From Thermoproteales archaeon (lineage in GTDB: Archaea; Thermoproteota; Thermoprotei; Thermoproteales; Thermocladiaceae), in the NCBI GenBank assembly GCA_027036495.1, contig JALWFJ010000069.1:72669-104668 (forward strand): a stretch of DNA of 32,000 nt, given 5' to 3'. The translations under genes and the position numbers were made by a program. Below the pieces are notes generated by a model, which saw only the letters and a list, made by a program, of their open reading frames with translations, did not search any database and was not told the origin of the DNA. Positions 1-7,793 of this stretch are shown in pieces (the stretch's first letter is position 1; each line of letters starts with the position of its first letter).

Positions 1-287
1 AGCTCGTTTCTCAGCTCACTTCGACGCGCCTTGAGCTCGCGAAGCTTGTCTAGCAGCTCTTGACGCTTATTTCTAAGTTGCTGGAGAGCATCTTTCTTCT
101 CTTTGAGCTGTGCGTTTAGCTGGTCAAGCTGAGCTCTGATCTGGTTTATGTCTGCCCTAATCTGATCAAGTCTCGATCTGAGGTTGGAAATTACGGAAAA
201 CTTCTCCTCTATTCTCGAACTGAGATCTTCAAACCTCTGCTCAAGCTCGCGAAGCTGCTGATCAAGTTGCTCGATGTTGAAAAGCAT
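1..287 (-). CDS. Coiled-coil protein, N-terminal part (gene runs off the left edge)
   Basis: Absent from the ORF track because it is truncated by the window edge. My minus-strand translation from ATG 287-285 gives MLFNIEQLDQQLRELEQRFEDLSSRIEEKFSVISNLRSRLDQIRADINQIRAQLDQLNAQLKEKKDALQQLRNKRQELLDKLRELKARRSELRNEL, with no stop down to position 1. The sequence is heptad-like and rich in L/E/R/Q. The resemblance to the uncharacterised archaeal coiled-coil family (COG1340-type) is from memory only. Confidence 0.6.
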   Translation of the reverse strand, partial: MLFNIEQLDQQLRELEQRFEDLSSRIEEKFSVISNLRSRLDQIRADINQIRAQLDQLNAQLKEKKDALQQLRNKRQELLDKLRELKARRSELRNE

Positions 288-308
288 TTTTCACGAGTTA
301 GCTCTAAC

Positions 309-320
309 CAAAATTTTAAA
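309..320. promoter_or_regulatory. Shared A/T-rich TATA element between divergent genes
   Basis: The sequence caAAATTTTAAAc lies about 27 nt from the minus-strand ATG at 287 and 30-35 nt from the plus-strand ATGs at 344/349. This spacing is typical of archaeal leaderless promoters. Confidence 0.45.
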
Positions 321-348
321 CATTGCTTGCCCATCATAGTAAAATGCA

Positions 349-1098
349 ATGTTGGATTTCGGTAAGGATGCACTGCTAGATCTTGCAAGACTCATCGCTG
401 GCGACATTGTTCTCTCAGAAAACCCTGGCCGTGCAATGAAGAGGTGGAGAGAATACTTTGATGTATCTCAGACAGAGCTAGCAGAGAGACTCGGTACAAC
501 TCCCAGCGTGATCTCCGACTATGAGTCTGGAAGAAGAAGAAGTCCAGGATCAGTATTCATAAAGAGGCTCGTGCTTACACTCATAACGATAGAGCTAGAG
601 AGAGGTGGAAAGAAACTTGAGCTGCTAACTAGACAGCTAAAGATAGGAAGCGAGAAATACCTTGCCGCAGTCATAGACATGGGAGACTTCTCTCGACCAG
701 TACTATTTGACGAGTTTGTTAAGGCCATAGAGGGCGAGGTCTACGTTCTTCCTGAGTATCAGAAAGTCTACATTAGCGGCTACACCGTGGTTGACAGCAT
801 AAGACTCGTTCTTGAAGTTCCTCCTCAAGAGTACTTCAGACTATATGGCACGACAACGGAGAGAGCAGCAATATTCACGAACGTCAAGTACGGTAGATCC
901 CCCCTAGTGGCAATACACTCACTTCTTGCATTTACAGACCTAAGACCGGCGGTAGTAGTCTTGCACGGCGTTGAGAGACCAGACGAGCTTGGGGTAGAAA
1001 TAGCTAAGAGAGACAAGATACCGCTTGTTGTGAGCAGGCTTAGGATGAGCGAGCTCATAAGAAACCTTAGAAAACTCTCAAGCATACACGAGCTTTAG
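349..1098 (+). CDS. HTH (XRE/Cro-C1 type) transcriptional regulator with a conserved archaeal C-terminal domain
   Basis: The 249-aa ORF carries a helix-turn-helix signature, FDVSQTELAERLGTTPSVISDYESGRR. It is followed by a ~170-aa alpha/beta domain, as in the archaeal COG1395-type regulators (family assignment from memory). Confidence 0.7.
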   Translation: MLDFGKDALLDLARLIAGDIVLSENPGRAMKRWREYFDVSQTELAERLGTTPSVISDYESGRRRSPGSVFIKRLVLTLITIELERGGKKLELLTRQLKIGSEKYLAAVIDMGDFSRPVLFDEFVKAIEGEVYVLPEYQKVYISGYTVVDSIRLVLEVPPQEYFRLYGTTTERAAIFTNVKYGRSPLVAIHSLLAFTDLRPAVVVLHGVERPDELGVEIAKRDKIPLVVSRLRMSELIRNLRKLSSIHEL

Positions 1099-1153
1099 CA
1101 ACATGCTGACCTATGCTCATACTTAAAACTGCTAGCTAACGCACAGTGATAAC

Positions 1154-1849
1154 ATGGGATTTAAAGTAGCCTTCTTCGAGGTGCTAAACACTCTGGCAAG
1201 AATAGAGAACTTTGAAAAAGAACTGGCAAACCTCTTAACATCTGAACTTAGACTTAACGTATCAAGCGAAGAGCTTGCAAATAAGATAAAAAATGAATGG
1301 GTAAACAAGTATAATCAGCTAATCTCTAGAGGAGCCTACAGGTCGATCAGGCAGTTAGCAAGAGAGGTCATATCTTCAGTCATAAGACATTACACAGTTA
1401 GCGTGAGTCCACAAGAGCTTGAGTATTTCAGCAATGCGGCATCCTCGCTAATAGTAGAACAAGCAATACTGTATGAGGATGTGCCCGAGACACTACAAAA
1501 ACTGGCAGAGCACAATATTGACATGTACATACTTACAAACCTTGACAACGATGTTGCAAAGAAGATCTTACTGAAGTACAACATTCTAAGATACTTCAAG
1601 GGAGTAATAAGCTCAGACTTGTCAAGAGCAGGTAAACCCTCAGCAAAGATCTTCCAAGCTGCACTTCTCAGAGCAAAAACCTCGAAAGATAACGCTGTAG
1701 TAGTAAGTGGCCTGATAGAAGATGTGGTAGGTTCAAAGTTAGTAGGACTCAAAGTAATATACGTTGCAAGGGAAGGAAAGAGACCTGATATAGCTGTGGA
1801 CTACGTGGTGAACAAGCTCCCAGAAATAGTACAGATAATAGTAGGCTAG
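1154..1849 (+). CDS. HAD-superfamily hydrolase (haloacid dehalogenase-like), atypical motif I
   Basis: The 231-aa ORF has HAD motif II/III-like segments (YILTNLDN, SSDLSRAGKPSAKIFQAAL, VSGLIEDV). Motif I reads FFEVLNTL instead of FDxxGTL, so Glu occupies the nucleophile Asp position. Confidence 0.6.
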   Translation: MGFKVAFFEVLNTLARIENFEKELANLLTSELRLNVSSEELANKIKNEWVNKYNQLISRGAYRSIRQLAREVISSVIRHYTVSVSPQELEYFSNAASSLIVEQAILYEDVPETLQKLAEHNIDMYILTNLDNDVAKKILLKYNILRYFKGVISSDLSRAGKPSAKIFQAALLRAKTSKDNAVVVSGLIEDVVGSKLVGLKVIYVAREGKRPDIAVDYVVNKLPEIVQIIVG

Positions 1850-1908
1850 TCTTAACCCGGTTCTCCTAGATGACGGGGGACTTAGAGCAAAGAAATGCAG
1901 TGACCTGC

Positions 1909-2388
1909 CTAGTGTCCTCCCTTTGCACGTACGGCTTCGTGTCTCTTCTTTAGTTTCCTCTCTTTCTGCTTCTTCTTCCACTTATGCTTGTGTGTCTCTC
2001 TTAGCTTTACTGACATTAGTCCTCTCATTCTCCTGCCAGCCGGCGTTAAGCCTCTGAACACTCTACCACGCTTAGGCTTAATCTTCACCAACTTGGGAAG
2101 AGCTGGGTCAGGTGGTCTAATCTCTCCCCTAAGAACCTTGATGAGCCACTCTCTGAGCCTCTCAACATTATGTTGCCAGACCGTTCTTCTTCTCTCGTCG
2201 ACATATATTCCTAGCATTCGAGCTTCCTTTACGGAAAGTCCAAGAGCCTTTATCTCACCAACTGAGTAGCCTCTACCTATCTTCCACTCTCTGCTCTGCA
2301 GACCTGCACTCTGTATCAGCCTAGGAACCTTGACTAGAGGTGGTGGTGGAGGTACTATTGGTGCCTCGCTCACAGCACCTTGACTCAT
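1909..2388 (-). CDS. rpl13e: 50S ribosomal protein L13e
   Basis: The core GRGYSVGEIKALGLSVKEARMLGIYVDERRRTVWQHNVERLREWLIKV aligns with the eukaryotic RPL13 core (GRGFSLEEL..GISVDPRRRN..NVQRLKEY). I moved the start to the internal ATG (MSQGAV, 2388) because a TATA box sits about 34 nt upstream. The 54 extra codons of the track ORF are Ser/Thr-rich and overlap the divergent gene. Confidence 0.8.
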   Translation of the reverse strand: MSQGAVSEAPIVPPPPPLVKVPRLIQSAGLQSREWKIGRGYSVGEIKALGLSVKEARMLGIYVDERRRTVWQHNVERLREWLIKVLRGEIRPPDPALPKLVKIKPKRGRVFRGLTPAGRRMRGLMSVKLRETHKHKWKKKQKERKLKKRHEAVRAKGGH

Positions 2389-2418
2389 TGTATTCACGAG
2401 TCCTACAACTTGATGCTC

Positions 2419-2426
2419 TTTTAAAA
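2419..2426. promoter_or_regulatory. Palindromic TATA box TTTTAAAA shared by L13e (minus) and the membrane-protein gene (plus)
   Basis: The box lies about 34 nt from ATG 2388 on the minus strand and about 30 nt from GTG 2453 on the plus strand. Confidence 0.5.
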
Positions 2427-2452
2427 TGCTTCGTGAAGTGTAGGCACACACC

Positions 2453-2806
2453 GTGTACAGACTGCTAGCATTACTGACGGTGGTTAGAGGAATAGAGCTC
2501 GTGTTCGTTGTGCTACTACTACTACCAGTAATATCAGTGCCAGCAGCCAAACTCTACATCGGGCTTTACACACTTGCATTTATCATAGTCTTTCTAAGCT
2601 CAGTGAGCACGTACACTATGTGCGAGCGAGCTGACGTATTCTCTCTAGTGACAGCTATATGCTTAATGACTTTAGATCTATACATACTCGCGGAGATGAT
2701 ATACTCCGGTAAGCTGACAACGCTACTGATCTACTCCTCAACCGTGATAAATCTACTGACAGATCTTGTACTCCTACTGCTATCAGTAGAGCTTATCAGA
2801 CGTTGA
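2453..2806 (+). CDS. Small integral membrane protein (about 4 predicted TM helices), unknown function
   Basis: The 117-aa ORF has a GTG start and four long hydrophobic stretches (LLALLTVVRGIELVFVVLLLL, LYTLAFIIVFLSSV, VFSLVTAICLMTLDLYILA, LIYSSTVINLLTDLVLLLLSV). I recognise no family. Confidence 0.5.
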   Translation: MYRLLALLTVVRGIELVFVVLLLLPVISVPAAKLYIGLYTLAFIIVFLSSVSTYTMCERADVFSLVTAICLMTLDLYILAEMIYSGKLTTLLIYSSTVINLLTDLVLLLLSVELIRR

Positions 2807-2807
2807 G

Positions 2808-3188
2808 TCACCTTAGCTCAAGTCTTATTCTTCTCTTCAGATCATACGAATCAAGTAGACCGTGAACCCTAGCTTTGATGTATAGATCTACTTCCCCTCT
2901 GTATATATCAGGATAAACTCCCTGAAGCTCAACACTATCATTAACTATGCGGACAAGCTCTGCCTGAGGAGACTCTGCAGATATTAAGTCAACATTCTTG
3001 CAGATATACAGGTTCAGTGGTATGACTATACTTGGCCTATACTCGACCCTGTACACTTTCTTGCATATGTTTCCTACAGTATACACCAGCCTGTAATCAT
3101 GTACTAGGCGTATAAACAAAATTAACGATATGACTATTAGTGTCAGAGAGAGCACAATATCTGCCAATATTGAGAACTCGTAAAACAT
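2808..3188 (-). CDS. Membrane-anchored hypothetical protein
   Basis: The 126-aa ORF has a single N-terminal TM helix (ILADIVLSLTLIVISLILFI). It sits 7 nt downstream of the HIT gene on the same strand, so the two are probably an operon. I recognise no family. Confidence 0.45.
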   Translation of the reverse strand: MFYEFSILADIVLSLTLIVISLILFIRLVHDYRLVYTVGNICKKVYRVEYRPSIVIPLNLYICKNVDLISAESPQAELVRIVNDSVELQGVYPDIYRGEVDLYIKARVHGLLDSYDLKRRIRLELR

Positions 3189-3195
3189 GGCTATC

Positions 3196-3633
3196 CTAGC
3201 AGAGAAGCTTGAAGCTATATCTATCTATGAGCTCTCTGAGGTACCTCAGTGTGTGATAGGGTGTCTCTGCTATGACACGAATATTGTGAAAAACGGATAC
3301 AAAACTTGCATCACCGTTCCACCTTGGTACTATATGAAGTGCAACATGTGGTTCTTGAACTATGTCGATATTAAACCCATGTGGTCTATAAGCATTAGAT
3401 AGAAGAGTTATGCATCGTTTAGCTATTTCGAACAGAGCGGTAAGTTCGTCTGTACTTGCTTCTTGTAGAGTCTTATGTGCTCTCAGTGTTACGATTAGAT
3501 GACCATTATTGTAGGGGTTACTGTGGACAAGTACGACATAGTTTTGATCTTGAGCTAGTACTAGATCTCCGGAGGCTATGCTCCTGCAGATCTCGCAGAG
3601 AGGTAGATATCTTACTCCGGGTATCTGGAACAC
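3196..3633 (-). CDS. HIT-family (histidine triad) nucleotide hydrolase/transferase-like protein, variant triad
   Basis: The 145-aa ORF has an N-terminal CEIC, an NPYNNGHLIV segment and a C-terminal HVALHIVPRWNGDASF. The PRWxGDxxF tail resembles the Ap4A-phosphorylase-like HIT branch. The triad reads H-V-A-L-H instead of H-x-H-x-H. Confidence 0.7.
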   Translation of the reverse strand: MFQIPGVRYLPLCEICRSIASGDLVLAQDQNYVVLVHSNPYNNGHLIVTLRAHKTLQEASTDELTALFEIAKRCITLLSNAYRPHGFNIDIVQEPHVALHIVPRWNGDASFVSVFHNIRVIAETPYHTLRYLRELIDRYSFKLLC

Positions 3634-3643
3634 AGAGTCAACA

Positions 3644-4726
3644 CTACTTTACCGGTATCTTAATTCCTAGCTCACGTGCAAGCTCCTTGTACCTGTTCCT
3701 AACTGTCACCTCGGTTACCTGAGCTGCTTGTGCAACCTCCTTCTGTGTTCTAACTTCGCCCTTGAGGAGTGCTGCAATGTAGACTGCCGCCGCTGCAAGT
3801 CCTGCTGGATCTTTTCCAGCAGTCAGTCCTCGTCTTTTTGCTTCATCCAGTATTCTCATGGCTTCCCTCATTATCTCGCCACTAAGCTTCAGATGCTCAC
3901 ATATCTTAGGAACGTACATCTTTGGATCTGCTAGCGGAAGCTTCACACCTAGTTCACGGGCAATTAGTCTGAAACATCTAGCTATCTCCTTTCTGCTCGC
4001 CTTAGTATACTGAGATATCTCGTCTAAGCTCCTAGGTATGCCATGTATTCTACACGCCATGTGTAGACATGCTGCAACTATCGCCTCAATGCTTCTACCC
4101 TTAACAAGTCCCTGCTCAAGCACCTTCTCATATATTGAGAGAGCCTCATCCACAACAACCTTCGGTATTCCGAGGTTGGCGGCGAGCTTATTCAACTCGT
4201 GGAGTGCTTGCAAGATGTTGCGCTCGTAGCTTGTCTGTATCCTAATTCTCTGTTGCCATTTCCTGTACTTTAAGATCTCCAGCTTCTGCCTTAAGCTTAG
4301 CTCTTTGCCGCTGGAGTCCTTAAATACTAGGTCTATCTTCGTCGTCAATGCCTCTCCTAATCCAGTGTGTCTCAAGGGGCCACCTGTCCTAGACCTAGTG
4401 TTTCTCTCCTCAGGAGTGAATGCTCTCCACTCTGGACCAAGGTCTACTGGTCTATCCTCAATTACAAATCCGCATCGCTCACATACTAGCTGACCGAGCT
4501 CATTCTTTATTATCCTCGTGGAGCCGCAATGTGGACAGGTCTTGGGCGTTTCTTGCTCAGGCTGTGGCTGTTGAACTTGTCTCCTATGAATGGAGTATAA
4601 TTTCTCAAGAACATTCTTCATGCTACGCTGCTTGTCCTCACTCCCCCCAGATGAGCCTCTCTCCCCTGTCTGAGGGGAGCTTGCGGCCTTGTTGGGGGTT
4701 GTGACTTCGGATACCATGTGAGTCAC
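3644..4726 (-). CDS. tfb: Transcription initiation factor B (TFB/TFIIB)
   Basis: The ORF has a zinc ribbon (CPHCGS...CERCG), the B-reader segment DLGPEWRAF, and two cyclin-like repeats. The track start is a GTG at 4726; ATGs at 4717 and 4621 are alternatives. Confidence 0.9.
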   Translation of the reverse strand: MTHMVSEVTTPNKAASSPQTGERGSSGGSEDKQRSMKNVLEKLYSIHRRQVQQPQPEQETPKTCPHCGSTRIIKNELGQLVCERCGFVIEDRPVDLGPEWRAFTPEERNTRSRTGGPLRHTGLGEALTTKIDLVFKDSSGKELSLRQKLEILKYRKWQQRIRIQTSYERNILQALHELNKLAANLGIPKVVVDEALSIYEKVLEQGLVKGRSIEAIVAACLHMACRIHGIPRSLDEISQYTKASRKEIARCFRLIARELGVKLPLADPKMYVPKICEHLKLSGEIMREAMRILDEAKRRGLTAGKDPAGLAAAAVYIAALLKGEVRTQKEVAQAAQVTEVTVRNRYKELARELGIKIPVK

Positions 4727-4791
4727 CTTATAAGCTTTGTGTTAATTTCTGATCGAAGTTCTTTAAAAACCTTTCTCTTACTTATATATCT

Positions 4792-5799
4792 CTATCTTTC
4801 CTTCTCATATTTCTCAACAATATGACGTAACTTAGAGAGTAGGCCTAATATCTGCACTCGAGGATGAGCACCTCTAAGTAGCCTAAAGTGATACTCCCCA
4901 ACCAGAGCTATGAGCTTAGGCTTGACGTATTCCTGAACTCTTATGGACGAGTGAGGAGACATTATCTCCCTATGTATAGCCTTCACAATATCTATGGGGT
5001 CTGCACAGTAGACGTCAAAGAGCTCCTCAAGCTTTCTTATAGCCTCGCTAAGGCTCCCATAAAGAGCTTCCTGCACGAATGAACGTAACAGTGCTGGACT
5101 TGCTTTCCCGAGCGCCTTGTACACGGCCTCTGCATCAACTCTTCGAGTTACGGATGCTGCTGCTTGTAGTATGTTTATTGCTTTTCTCATGTCTCCTTGG
5201 CTTATTTCCCATATTGCTTCAAGTCCATCATCAGTAACCTCGACACCCTCGCACTCTGCTATGTACTTTAGTCTCTGAGTGACTGCCTCTTTCGGTAATG
5301 GAGAGAACCTGAACACTGCACACCTAGACTGTATAGGCTCAATTATTCCTGAAAGGTAGTTTGCAATTAATATGAACCTCGCCGTTTGATAGTACACTTC
5401 CATTATTCTTCTGAGTGCTTGCTGTGCATCGCTAGTCATGTTATCAGCCTCATCAAGAATTATTAGTCTAAACCGCACTGTCCCTACGGTAGGAAGAGAG
5501 CGGGCAAACTCCTTCACCTTCTCCCTGATAACCGCGATTCCTCTTTCATCACTTGCGTTAAGCTCAAGAACATTCTCACGCCACTTGTCGCCGTATAGTT
5601 CATACGCTATAGCTAAAGCCATTGTAGTCTTACCAACACCAGGAGGACCATAAAACAACAAATGAGGAAGATCCCCTAACTTAAGGAACTCTTTAATTCT
5701 CTGTTTAACATGGTCCTGATTAATTATGTCATCAATCCTCCTAGGACGATACTTCTCAACCCAGAGCTGCTCAAAGCGTATAACCTCGACTGCGGACAT
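4792..5799 (-). CDS. rfcS: Replication factor C small subunit
   Basis: The 335-aa ORF begins with WVEKYRP, has Walker A GPPGVGKTT, Walker B ILDEADNM, the SRC motif (PIQSRCAVFRF), and a C-terminal helical collar. Confidence 0.9.
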   Translation of the reverse strand: MSAVEVIRFEQLWVEKYRPRRIDDIINQDHVKQRIKEFLKLGDLPHLLFYGPPGVGKTTMALAIAYELYGDKWRENVLELNASDERGIAVIREKVKEFARSLPTVGTVRFRLIILDEADNMTSDAQQALRRIMEVYYQTARFILIANYLSGIIEPIQSRCAVFRFSPLPKEAVTQRLKYIAECEGVEVTDDGLEAIWEISQGDMRKAINILQAAASVTRRVDAEAVYKALGKASPALLRSFVQEALYGSLSEAIRKLEELFDVYCADPIDIVKAIHREIMSPHSSIRVQEYVKPKLIALVGEYHFRLLRGAHPRVQILGLLSKLRHIVEKYEKER

Positions 5800-5826
5800 A
5801 TAGTGTTAAATCTGCACCTCTTAGAG

Positions 5827-5834
5827 GTTTAAAC
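5827..5834 (-). promoter_or_regulatory. TATA box (GTTTAAAC) for rfcS
   Basis: The box lies about 31 nt upstream of ATG 5799. The same octamer precedes purF at 9154. Confidence 0.45.
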
Positions 5835-5854
5835 GGTTCCGATAACACATACTT

Positions 5855-5916
5855 TATCTCAGCTCAACGAGGTCTCATCACCTGAATATCAGCAAGCTCG
5901 GTCTCATCACAGGTCG
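5855..5916 (-). ncRNA. C/D box sRNA (2'-O-methylation guide)
   Basis: The minus strand reads GTGATGA (C, 5910-5904), gaccgagcttg (11 nt), CTGA (D', 5892-5889), tattcag, GTGATGA (C', 5881-5875), gacctcgttgag (12 nt), CTGA (D, 5862-5859). This is the canonical archaeal box order and spacing. The ends given are approximate. Confidence 0.8.
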
Positions 5917-5984
5917 AGAAAACGACTAGAAGACTAATTTGTTATGAGAGAAACTGAATTACGAATCAATGACTGTGAAGTACT

Positions 5985-6046
5985 ATGGAATGATGACAAA
6001 CGGGTTTTCTGAGATAATTTCCATGATGAGCGCTCAGGTCTGACCT
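5985..6046 (+). ncRNA. C/D box sRNA (2'-O-methylation guide)
   Basis: The plus strand reads ATGATGA (C, 5990-5996), caaacgggtttt (12 nt), CTGA (D', 6009-6012), gataatttcc, ATGATGA (C', 6023-6029), gcgctcaggt (10 nt), CTGA (D, 6040-6043). GG/CC flanks could form a short terminal stem. The second spacer is shorter than the usual 12 nt. Confidence 0.7.
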
Positions 6047-6305
6047 AGCTCTCTCTGCATTCGAGAACGTCGATTGTGTAGGTATCTTTGACTGGATTTG
6101 TTAGAAGTTTCTCGCATGCTATCTCGGCTATTTTCCTTGCCTCTTCTGGAGCTGAACAGTCTATGTACAGGTAATAGATTCTTCCGCTCTCTACGTTTAC
6201 CACGGACTTTATACCGAGGTCCTGTAGACACGACTTCACGGTCATGCCTTCAGGATCATGAAATCCCGGCTTTAGTCTCACCTCGACTCTAACTTTGCAG
6301 ATCAT
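6045..6305 (-). CDS. purS: Phosphoribosylformylglycinamidine synthase subunit PurS
   Basis: The product is 86 aa from ATG 6305 (MICKVRVEVRLKPGFHDPEG...). Its size and the KPG..DPEG motif are typical of PurS. The track start at 6320 is a TTG that overlaps the purD stop. Confidence 0.8.
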   Translation of the reverse strand: MICKVRVEVRLKPGFHDPEGMTVKSCLQDLGIKSVVNVESGRIYYLYIDCSAPEEARKIAEIACEKLLTNPVKDTYTIDVLECRES

Positions 6306-6316
6306 GTTTACTAGCC

Positions 6317-7789
6317 TCAATACTCTATCACTCTCAGACCCTTACCTGGGATCCAGTCATAGATCTTGAGCTCTCTGGAAAGTCTAGCTCTGTACACTTG
6401 TCTTATGAGCTCTGCCTGCATGATTATCTTTCTGAGACTTTCCTCAGAGCCTATGTCAAGTCTGTAGAGCACCTTCCAGTCTCTTAGACGTACGCATCCT
6501 AAGACGCTGTTCACCTTCTCTGCGGCCTCCGGTATGTTGTCGCCAAATCCAGCAATCTCTACTGCTCTGGAGCCGGCTGTCTTCAGGACTCCTTCTTCCT
6601 CATGAACAGACCCAAAGTACAGCTTACATCCCTTGCTCTCAATCTTTTCCTTATCTATCTCAAGTATGTGCCCCTGTGCTAGCCTCTTGTTAAGTGGGTA
6701 GCCTGCAGGTGCTACTGCCTTCACTACAACTGCCACGGGTTTTCTCTCAATCTTTATCTTTGGGAGAGCTTTGCTGAGCACTGCCTCAAATATGTCCACT
6801 ATGTCTGTCTCTAGGACCGAGAGCACATTGACTCCCTCTGGGTCTCCAAATCTTGAGTAACACTCAATCACGGTTGGGCCCCATATTGTTGTTAACATCA
6901 TCTGACCAGCAATTATTCCCCTGTACTCAGTTCCTGTCTCTTCTCTAACAGCTTGAACTATTCTTCTAACTATCTCGACGCTTCTCTCGTACTCTTCCTG
7001 CGTTATGAATGGCAAGACCCAGCCCTTATCCATTATTGATCCCATTCCCCCAGTCTCTGGACCTATACCTAGCTCGAAGGCATGCTTGTAGTCTTGAACG
7101 AGTGGTAGAGGCATCACGTTCTGTCCATCTGTGAAACACTGAAGAGTGTACTCTGGACCCTCGACCTTCTCCTCGATCAGTATTCTGTGCTCTATGTCGC
7201 TGTACCTTGAGAGCTCGCTGTATATTCGCTTCACGTGTTCTATCTTGACCTCGGTTCTGACGTCTCTTAAGTAAGCCTGTATGTCTGCAACTATCTTAAC
7301 ACCCTTGCCTCCTACCTGTCTTGCAGGCTTTATTGCAACGCTCTCACCTGTCTCCTTTATGTACTCTAGAGCCTCAGCTACATCTCTGAAGGTTCTAAAA
7401 CGAAGTCTTCCAGGTATCTTGTACTTCCACATGAGCTCCCTAAGAAACGCCTTTGACTGCTCAATCTGGGCTGCCTCTCTTCTTGGACCAATGCAGGGCA
7501 CTCCAAGCTTCTCCTCTACGGCATTGGTGACTCCTCGAAAGAGAGGCTCCTCTGGGCCCACTACTACCAGGTCGGCACCTATGTTTCTTGCAACCTCCAC
7601 GACTTTGTCTGGATTAAGAAAATCTCCTACTATGAGCTCTCCTCCGGTTCTCTTGCAGCAATCTCTAATTCCCGGATTAACGTGACTAGATAGAGCATAC
7701 AGCTTGACCTTGTGTACACTACGTGATATCGCCTCGGCAATTGCGTGCTCGCGTGCACCTTCCCCTAGAAGAAGGATCCTGTAGCTCAT
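6317..7789 (-). CDS. purD: Phosphoribosylamine--glycine ligase (GAR synthetase)
   Basis: The 490-aa ORF has the N-terminal ILLLGEGAREHAIA, an ATP-grasp core, and the C-terminal YRLDIGS motif. The C-terminal tail is somewhat longer than in the bacterial enzymes I recall. Confidence 0.85.
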   Translation of the reverse strand: MSYRILLLGEGAREHAIAEAISRSVHKVKLYALSSHVNPGIRDCCKRTGGELIVGDFLNPDKVVEVARNIGADLVVVGPEEPLFRGVTNAVEEKLGVPCIGPRREAAQIEQSKAFLRELMWKYKIPGRLRFRTFRDVAEALEYIKETGESVAIKPARQVGGKGVKIVADIQAYLRDVRTEVKIEHVKRIYSELSRYSDIEHRILIEEKVEGPEYTLQCFTDGQNVMPLPLVQDYKHAFELGIGPETGGMGSIMDKGWVLPFITQEEYERSVEIVRRIVQAVREETGTEYRGIIAGQMMLTTIWGPTVIECYSRFGDPEGVNVLSVLETDIVDIFEAVLSKALPKIKIERKPVAVVVKAVAPAGYPLNKRLAQGHILEIDKEKIESKGCKLYFGSVHEEEGVLKTAGSRAVEIAGFGDNIPEAAEKVNSVLGCVRLRDWKVLYRLDIGSEESLRKIIMQAELIRQVYRARLSRELKIYDWIPGKGLRVIEY

Positions 7790-7793
7790 AGTC

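Noticed and set aside
1865-1925. A possible 7-bp stem (GGGGGAC / GTCCTCC) lies in the convergent spacer after the HAD gene.
   Set aside because: It includes a wobble pair, encloses a ~35-nt unstructured loop and overlaps the L13e coding 3' end. It has no K-turn or box motifs, so it is too weak to call.
5871-5910. An 11-bp direct repeat, GGTCTCATCAC, occurs twice 18 nt apart. I considered a regulator-binding site or a mini CRISPR-like repeat.
   Set aside because: On the minus strand the repeats are the C and C' boxes (GTGATGA) of a canonical C/D box sRNA, with D' and D boxes at the correct distances. That explains the repeat fully.
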